From the NCBI RefSeq assembly GCF_009914755.1, contig NC_060939.1: a stretch of 64,000 nucleotides of DNA; one strand, 5' to 3'. Within the stretch, counting starts at the first letter, position 1; each line of letters opens with the position of its first letter. The position numbers and the translations under genes were made by a program. The DNA comes from the human T2T-CHM13v2.0 reference genome, Homo sapiens. Shown in pieces: positions 55,685 through 64,000 of the stretch. Below the pieces are notes generated by a model. It ran no database searches, was not told the origin of the DNA, and worked only from the letters and a program-made list of their open reading frames with translations.

Positions 55685-55800
55685 AGGCTGGGCACAGTGG
55701 CTCAGCCCGTAATCCTAGCACTTTCAAAGGCTGAGGCAGGAGGATGGCTCTAGTCCAGGAGTTTAAGACCAGCCTGGGCAACACAGTGAGACCCTATTTT
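55685..55800 (+). mobile_element. FLAM/Alu left monomer
   Basis: Single arm ending GTGAGACCCT. Confidence 0.75.
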
Positions 55801-55869
55801 TTCTGAACTTATATTTTTTAAAATGCTCAATCTAAAAACTTGTTTTACTAAAAAGCACTGATATCATCC

Positions 55870-58430
55870 CTCTTACCAAAGTAGTCAAACCCTAGTGAAG
55901 AAAACAGACAAGTAATTAAGCTATTTCATTAGAGGACTATGATAGAAGTAATTACTATGTGCTACAGGAGCACATAAGAATGGTACCTAACTTAATCTGA
56001 AAAGAGGTAAAGGAAATCTTCCTGAAGAATATACACCTGAACTGAATCCTAAAGGTCAGACAGAAATTAGCCAAGCAAAGAAAGGGGAAAGTGGAAATCA
56101 GGGAAATAGAACATCAAATGTAAAAGACGAGAGAGAAAGCACATTACCTGAGAGGAAGCCTAAAGTCAGTAAGAGTGGATTAAAGTATGTAAGGAAGACA
56201 GCAAGTGAAGAAAAGCTAGAGAATTAAGAGTTAGATCATGAATGATCTCATACACATGCCATGCTACAGTTTAAACTCTATCCTGAAAGCAATGAGACAG
56301 CTTTTTTGAAGATTATTCAATAGGAAAGGACATGATTTGATTTTTATCTGTACTATACATGTCAAAATTATGGTGTGGGCCATGCTCACAACCCCATTTT
56401 GCGGTAAATTAGCCTGCACACTGTCCCATACTTTCCACCATTAAGATCTTTCCTGATACCCATATATACATACAAACACACAGCCAACAATAAATGGCCA
56501 AGAGTGGTGACATAACCTAAGTACACAGACTTGTTAGCAATCAATGAGAAAAAGAGCTGAGCCAAATCTGGAATTCAAACCAGAAAATCCTAGGGAAAAG
56601 GAAGAGGTTAGCAACAGGAGCTAACCTCTTTTAAAACGTTTTAAAACAATTGCAGCCAGGAGGCAAGATGTTGGCATGGGGGTCACATAGTAGTTATAAG
56701 GAGCAGAAATTAGTAATAAATGGAAGCTATGACATAGGGGGAAAAAAACTGAAGAAAGAAACGGTATCTAGGACAAGCTAACAATGGAGCACTGGAGTGG
56801 GGTCTCCAGCTTTATTAGGTTCTTGTTCTTCTTGAGAGCAAGTTTTATTAGGTTCTTTTTCTTCTTGAGAGCAAGTTAACTTTTCCTGGGTTCCCTTGTG
56901 TATGGTTCCTTTCAATAAGCACTTCATTACTTAAGGTAACTTGAGTCTCTTCCCTCCAAGTGAAAGAGCCTGACTAAAAGAGCATTTTAGAATACTTACT
57001 CCAACAGCAGTCAAGAGAATGAACAGGAGGGCATGACAAGAGGCAGAAGACAGAAGGCAAGAAGACCACTCAGCATTACAGAAGCCCAACAAACAGATAT
57101 TTTCAGTTAAAATAAGATAGAGGCAACAAAAAGTAATAAGGAATGACCTGAAATATCATGAGGGAAAATGTACAAGGCAGTGACAGACTGGATGTTGGCA
57201 GTGAAGTACAGAGTGAAGCGGAGGGCAATTCCCAGGTTCCTGAAGGTTTCATGAGGAAAGAGTGGTGCCATTAATCAAGGTAGGAAATCGGGGGGAAGAA
57301 AAAATTTTGTTGCAGTTTCTGTCTCCGGCTCTCTCTCCACTGTTTTTGTGGGGGGAAAAGAGGCAGGAAGAGTTTTGTTTCCTAAATGTTTGGATTGAAG
57401 TGTTTGTGAAATGTGAATCAAAGTGGTGATATCCATTAGGCAGTGCTTTTACAGGGGTCTAGAGCAAAGGCAAGCACTCTAGACAGCAGTTCTAGACTTA
57501 GGAATCAATACATTAAGTCAATATTGTGGTTTTTAAAATGTCTGAAAAGTCTTTGACTAATATTTATTTCAAACTGAGTTAACATAACCAAAAATCACTC
57601 CAACTAAAAACCTTAATATTCTTGGCAAATCATATTTTCAAACCTCCTACATTTCTCTGCTATTAAAGACTGAACAAACTTCCACATAGTATAATCCAAA
57701 TGATTAGGAAAGATGGAGTTTATATCGCTAACTTCTATTGAGGTACTTGTTAAAAAAAATCTAAGTTTACCCAATTTCCCTCAGGAACTATATACTACTA
57801 AAATAACTAAGGGAAAACAACTGTTAAAAATTCATATATTAGATAGTGAATCTCACTGTTAATGCTTAAACTAGAATAAGTTTTTTAAAGGCACTTAATC
57901 ATGTAATTTACTAATTTAAATATTCAACTCTACCTGTAATTTAAATGTTGGGTTTCCATCCTAAAACCTTTTCTCCTCCCTTCTGTATGATTTTGCCTCC
58001 AAAATCTACTGCTATCAACCCAGAACCTGATACTGAGCTTCAGCCACAAATCCAAATGCCTAATGGTCATCTACATCTGACAGAACTACAGTCACCTAAA
58101 CTGAACATGTCACAAATTAACCCCTCTTTCCTTCCTCCTTGACAAAATAAAAACAAAATCCCACTCCTTCATGGGAATCCCCACCTCAGTGAAAGGCACA
58201 AGCCAGAAACCTAGATTTTATCCTGTATGCAACTTCTCCCCAACCCCAAATACAATAAAATCACCAACTCAACTCCGAATATCCAAGTTCAGATCCAGTC
58301 TCACCATTTGCCTGGATAACCCTAATATTCCTGGCCTTTAGTCTTATTCTACTCTTCAATTCACTGCAGCCAGAATGACTTTTTTAAAATGCAAATCTGA
58401 TCATTCCAGTCCCCTGCTTTAAAATCCTTC
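55870..58430. mobile_element. Region of degraded L2-like fragments in both orientations
   Basis: L2-like motifs (GGAAATCTTCCTGAAGA...CTGAATCCTAAAGG; CACTGCAGCCAGAATGACTTTTTTAAAATGCAAATCTGATCAT). Confidence 0.5.
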
Positions 58431-60415
58431 AATAATTTAATAAATATTATAATCATCATCACAGCTAGTCACACTGTGGAAGCTCAGAGGTTCAATGAGA
58501 AATTTAGTTACATCCTTTCTGTAGGTTCAACATAAAAGAATCATCAGGAATTTTTTTCAACTCACAAAATTATTTAAACATACATATAACATCAGACACA
58601 TTTAAAAGAAAAGCATGTAACATTGTTGGTAAAAGCAAAACACCAAAAATAACCTCCAGTCCACAAAAATGGAATACTATCCAGCCAGTAAATGAGGCAC
58701 TTCCATATGTATTGTTAAGAAATGACCTCTAGGATGTAGTATTAAGTAAAAAAAACAGGCTATGTATAGAATGTAAAGTATGCAACCATTTGTGTACAGT
58801 GTCTTAAAAATATAAATGTGTAGGTTTATATATTGGAAATATCACAGAAAGGATACACATGAAGCTGGAAATAGTGGTTGCCTCTAAAGAGGAAAAATGG
58901 GTGGCTGGAGAGTGAAGGCGGAACAGAAATTTTTACTACATTACTCTTCCGAAACTTTTGGCTTTTACGTCTAGTTATTATCTATAATTTTAATGTGATT
59001 TTCTCCTGTTACTTTAACATTTTTTACTGTGTGTGTGTGTATGACTACAAAGACCTCTTTATATTTCATCTTTATACCAATATTAAAATTACGTACTGAT
59101 CATTTGATGCAACATTACATTTCTTTCTTGACAACTCAGGAGCTCAACTTCTACAAACATTTTATTCAACATTTTACTGCTATTGAGAAGGCTGTTGTTG
59201 GTAATGACCTCAGTGAACACTGCATGATTTCTGTACTTGCTTCTTGGAGAAGCAAGACAGCAGCACCAGGCAACAGAAGTTTATTATTAAACCGACATCG
59301 AAGCATTCAGGGATTAAGGAATGCTACAAATCTTATTTTTCTAGCAAATCCAAAAAACAGTGAATCCAAAAAAAGTCCCCTAGTATCCTTTAAAAATAAA
59401 AATAAGAAACAGTTCTAGTATCTGCAGCAATCGACAAGGAGGTGAAGTAATACTACAAGACGACATAGTTATATCCACTAGTGCAACGTGATTTAATCCT
59501 TACAGAGGTCCCTAAAACATCAGTGCTGGACAACCTCACACGTTCTACACAGAACAGACAAGACGAGGTGCAGGCTCTGTGACCTTATAATGGCACACAC
59601 ACAACTGGCCTCATGCTTCCATAACTTCACTCTGCCTCCCACTTTTTTCAGCCCAACCCCTCCAAACATGGGTCTCGGTCGGTCCCCTTAAGCCACAATG
59701 GAGGGAATACATTAGGCTAAGCAAATATTCCCTCAGGATTTCATGGCAAAGCCCTTTCAACCAAAGAAAGGATCGCGACTAAGGAGAAAGATAACAAGGT
59801 TTGCTTGAGGAGAGGTCTGTTGAGAGAGGCTACAGTCGGTGGTGGGAGAGAAGCCAAAGTCTGTGACGGTGTCTAGAGGGACTGACACCACATCTACCGG
59901 GAGTAAGAACACCATGACAGCGGCTATCTGAAAGCCGTGATGGCTAGGGTTAGTGCTAGTCGGCTTGGTGATGAGCGAGCTGGGAGGGGTTCTACTAAGA
60001 AGAGTAGGGCGAGGGGCACATGGGGGACGCAATGGGTTAGGGGGCGGTCGAGACTTTGCCTGAGAACTGTAATCACGTCAGCCCAAGGGAGGATGTAACG
60101 TAGTCTAGAAGCTCCATTAAGAGTCCTAAGGGACTCTGAGGGGTACTAATGGGGTCTGCTGGGCTGGGGGGACCGTGACAGAATCTCCGGGGAGGCTGGA
60201 GGGCCGGAATGGTGCCCGGCCAATGGAAGATACAGGGGGTGGGGTCTACTGGGGATCCGGGGCCGTGATCTGGTGTTTGGGAGGCTCGGCGCAGACCCGC
60301 TCGCGGGGCGTCTCCGCTGGGACGGGGCGGGGCGGCCCGACCGGAGCCAAATAGCGAGGCTGAGACGTGGGCCAGGACGGGCTGCAGGGCCGCTGGGCGC
60401 TTGGGCGGGTCTTAC

Positions 60416-60830
60416 CTCGGGCTCCGCCGCGGTGGCCACCGCAGCCCCCTCCTCTTCGACGGAAGCTGCCTTCCACCCTCCGCCCCAGGGTAGGACCGGA
60501 GATGGCAGAAGAGGCCGAGGCCACCGAGGGTCGGACGGTTCCGGGAGGGTGGGCCCAGCAGCCTCAGGGTCCGGGCGAGCGGCCGCGGCGCATCCCCCGC
60601 CCTGTCAGAGAGACTCCGCCCGGCCTGAGCAGGCACATCCCCCGCCGCACCCCGCCCAGAGAGCACGCGTTGGACCGCCGCCTCAACCGCTGCCAGCGGC
60701 CGCCTCTGCCGGTGCAACTACTGCCTCCGCCGCCGCCTCTCGCGGTCCGGGCTGTCCTGTACTCTCTCAACAGACACAGCCAACCGCCGCCGCGTCCCTT
60801 ATCCGCTTCGGTCGCGCGCCCCCGACCCCG
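60416..60830 (-). other. MYO9A: Non-coding first exon (5'UTR); TSS approximate
   Basis: GC-rich segment in the CpG island ending ...GCGGAGCCCGAG|GTAAGAC. Confidence 0.62.
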
Positions 60831-60892
60831 CGCACGCGGCCCCGCCCCGCGCGACTCCCCGGCTGCAGGCGAGCAGGCGCGCGCGCACTTAC

Positions 60893-60960
60893 CTCCCACG
60901 CCCCCTACTGCCAGCACGGGTCGGCCCCGCCCTGTCCCGCCCCCGCACGTGACGCCACTG
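60893..60960 (-). other. Candidate alternative upstream first exon; TSS approximate
   Basis: Consensus donor GAG|GTAAGT at 60893/60892, next to the core promoter motifs. Confidence 0.5.
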
Positions 60961-61099
60961 GAGAGTACAGCGTGCGCTTGCGCAGACACGCCCCCTTTCC
61001 TACGCCCCAGGCGGCCCCGCCCAAATTTTTTCTTCTTCACCTTACGGCAGAGCAGGGAACTCAGCTTTAGATTCTCCCTGTACTGGAAAGGGATGTCGC

Positions 61100-61200
61100 A
61101 AGGTTGGGGACGAAACCTCTGAGTTTGCGACCGTAGCTGTCGCTTTCCGGCCAACACAGAGGTGCCTGAAGGCTGGTTGGGGTGGTGAGGCCCGAGGCAG
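61100..61200 (+). other. SENP8: Non-coding first exon of the plus-strand gene (probably SENP8); TSS approximate
   Basis: Strong donor CAG|GTAAGA at 61200/61201; identity recalled from the head-to-head arrangement with MYO9A, not verified. Confidence 0.58.
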
Positions 61201-61971
61201 GTAAGAAGCCTCCTCCCCACTTCGGTTTGTCTCGGCAGTGGATCGCTCTCCCACCCACTCAGATTCTGGCGTATCCGTGCTCCCTCCCGATTCTGGACCT
61301 GGATTCTCAGCGCCGCCGGTCATAGCCCCCGCCCCTTTTCAAACACGCACGCTCTCTCCACCCACTGCCCCCTCCATTGTCCCCGCCCCGACCTCCGTTT
61401 CCATTCATTTCTCAGACTTTTCACTGAGTGGTTTCCATGCCTTGGGTTCCAGAATGTCAGAGGCGAATTAAGTGGTGTCAGCTTTTTGAAGTGCTTTTGT
61501 ATAGGAGACCGTGAGAGAATCCGCAGTGGTAGTACAATAAAGTGACAATAGAGAAAAATGCACGGGATGCTGTCTGCGCACAGAAGAGGGGTCCCAGGTT
61601 GTGTAGGAGGATAACGTGAGGAAGCCCTTTCCAGGGTGACTTTTGGGTCACTTTTAGAGGACTGTGTTAAAAGACTAGTAATCCAGTACCTGGTCAAAGA
61701 AATACGAAAGGAGGTAAAAGCAGAATAACGGGCGCAAGAGCATGTGACAGTGGTGGTCTGAAAGAGAAAAAAGAAGTAAAATAAACCTGATGGAAACCGT
61801 ACTAGTGTAGACTTCCCTTTAAAGAAGCATCGTTATAAAGTTAGAGAAATGAGGAACGAGAATATGGCCCTCAGGAATGTTTTCTGTTTAGGTAGAAGAC
61901 TCAAAAGCGTACCATGAAACCGAGAAGTGGCCTCTTCGAGGGTGAGGGAGGCTAATTTATAAGATCAAGAT

Positions 61972-62145
61972 CACTAGTGGAACGCAACCTTGTATGTGCA
62001 TTTGAATCACCTGGGAAACTTTTTGTTAAATAAAACCAATACTGTTGCCCCACTCTAGACCAATTAAATTCTGGGTTGTGCCAGGTGTCATTACTGTTTT
62101 AAAGCTCCACAGGTGACTCTAATGCTAAAGATTGAGACTCACTAA
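61972..62145. mobile_element. MER5A-like hAT MITE
   Basis: GAATCACCTGGGAAACTTTT...CTCCACAGGTGACTCTAATG...TTGAGACTCACT. Confidence 0.65.
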
Positions 62146-62203
62146 ACTAGAGAGAAGGAAGTTGAGACAGTTGGCTCTGTAACATTAAGATGGAGGTCAT
62201 TTA

Positions 62204-62512
<309 letters not shown>

Positions 62513-62763
62513 TTAACTACAGAGAGGCTTGGAGATGGAATGAGAAACTTGAGCGGCGTTATGTTTGGAATAACTGGTCTGGGAAATGGGAGAAGGAGCC
62601 ACTCTTGCCTTTCTCTTCAGCACTGTTCATTCCTCAGTGTTTATCAGGTCCAAATTAGTTACTTGTCTCTTTGCTCTCCCGTTCCCTTCCGTCCAGGATT
62701 GGTCAGCTGTTGTCTCCAGCCTTAAAGCTCAAAGGCCATCCCCACTTCTGTCCCCAAAATGAT

Positions 62764-62843
62764 CAGAGCTAAGCCAATTTATGAGATGCAGAGACCAACA
62801 TCCAGAGCTAAGCCAATTTATGAGATGCAAAGACCAACATCCA
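62764..62843. repeat. 39-bp tandem duplication
   Basis: CAGAGCTAAGCCAATTTATGAGATGCA(G/A)AGACCAACATC x2, one mismatch. Confidence 0.9.
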
Positions 62844-63269
62844 CTCTCATAGAGATTACTACATACAGTGCCTTGCCAATTTAGAATCTTTTTCTATTAT
62901 TTATCATTTAAGTTAGTAATGAGATATAAAGATATTTAAAATACAGCTCAATTAGGATGGAAAATTACCGTATTAGGGAAAGCAGGCCTTTAAACAAAGA
63001 ATTCACTTGGCAGGCAGAGAAGCTGTATGAGGTAAAGACCAAGACAGTGTATGGCTGCTATCTATTAACTAGGGTTAATCCAAAAACCTGTCTATCAGAC
63101 CCAGATAAGAACGAGTTATTGTTGTCTAGTATGGCTAGAGCATAGTATGGAGAGTAGAGGTGGGACAGAGATGAAGATGATAAAGTGGGTGTGAACAGAT
63201 TATGAGGAGCCTTGAATTCCATGGTGAAGAGTTTAGATTATATTACTAGAAGTAATTAATAAGTACAAA

Positions 63270-63735
63270 AAAGGTTCTTAACCTCTTTTACCCAGTGGAC
63301 CTTGTTGGCAGTCCACCTTATAGATTCAGTCTCAGAAAAATGTTCTTAAATATATAAAATAGAATACGTAGTAATATAAAGGAAACTAATTTTGTTAAGT
63401 TTTTAAAATATTAAAACAAATGTGTGATATATATGCACTTTATGCATTAAATAAAATCTGGCAGCAGGTCTAATTATATAATTTCTAAGTAGTGATGACT
63501 ATAAATTATATTTTGAAATGCCTGCAGCAACTTTAATGTGATGTGAAAATATCAGATTTCTATTGGTAAAAAAGAGAGTGCTAATATTGTAGTTTGTGGT
63601 CCACACTTATTGAAGAAATGCTAAATTTCAGCTACTGATTATTGAAAACAAACATGCAATTGTTTTCCCAGTCTAAGTTCACAGAACCCTGATATTCTAG
63701 CCACATCCTGGTCTATGGATCCTAAGTTTTAAAAT
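63270..63735. mobile_element. Charlie4a-like hAT element
   Basis: GGTTCTTAACCTCTTT...TGGACCTTGTTGGCAGTC...CTCAGAAAAATGTTCTTAAATATATAAAATAGAATAC. Confidence 0.55.
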
Positions 63736-64000
63736 ATCTCAGTATAATGGTTTTAAGCAAGAGCATGACATCAAATCTGTGTTTCAGAAAAATGATGAAG
63801 CAGTGTTCACTTCCCAACCTCTCTGCTGGGATGAGAGGCTGGCTCTGGGGCAGCAACCAGTACTATCCCACTGTTTCCTAATAACCAGGGCCTGCAGAGG
63901 GACTGAGCTTGTGGGTGTATATGTCTGTGAGAGTAATACCAGAAAATAAATCAGGAAAGGTAGATTGGGGCTATTTTTGTGGAAATCATTGAATGCCAGG

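Larger units (their letters stand above)
60150..61400. promoter_or_regulatory. CpG island / bidirectional promoter
   Basis: Dense CpG; GC boxes (CCCCGCCC ~60840, 60925, 61015); E-box CACGTGAC 60946-60953; NRF1-like TGCGCTTGCGCA 60973-60984; ETS-like TTCCGG ~61145; divergent splice donors. Confidence 0.9.

Noticed and set aside
57000-59600. Possible upstream plus-strand exons (AAG|GTAGGA near 57279; CCTTACAG acceptor near 59504)
   Set aside because: Isolated splice-like motifs, partly in L2-like DNA; cannot be supported without transcript data.
60146-61220. Overlapping 200-265 aa ORFs on both strands
   Set aside because: Expected stop-codon scarcity in a CpG island; low-complexity products with mostly non-ATG starts.

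Overview
Great-ape (hominid) genomic DNA, repeat-dense, with no credible protein-coding exon. Nearly all ORFs in the supplied track lie in Alu, L1, SVA-VNTR, simple-repeat or CpG-island sequence. The right end has a bidirectional CpG-island promoter (~60.1-61.4 kb) with two strong minus-strand splice donors and one plus-strand donor. From memory, unverified, the non-coding first exons look like the head-to-head pair MYO9A (-) / SENP8 (+), which would make 1-60415 part of MYO9A intron 1. The most unusual part is 42.7-46.4 kb: (i) a young non-canonical SVA whose hexamer head is replaced by three tandem Alu left monomers; (ii) it inserted exactly into the target-site duplication (TSD) of a tailless 5'-half tRNA-Gln(CTG) retrocopy, so the target sequence is present three times; (iii) a near-spacerless inverted Alu-arm palindrome; (iv) a ~480-bp GCA/GAA repeat grown from the Alu tail. 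Also notable are a 3'UTR-only processed retrocopy with a twin-priming inversion signature (3.9-5.35 kb), a near full-length old L1PA with a candidate 3' transduction, and a 24-codon uORF in the minus-strand first exon. I see no evidence for a new multi-gene system; the novelty here is retrotransposition architecture. Repeat subfamily names and boundaries are by-eye estimates.
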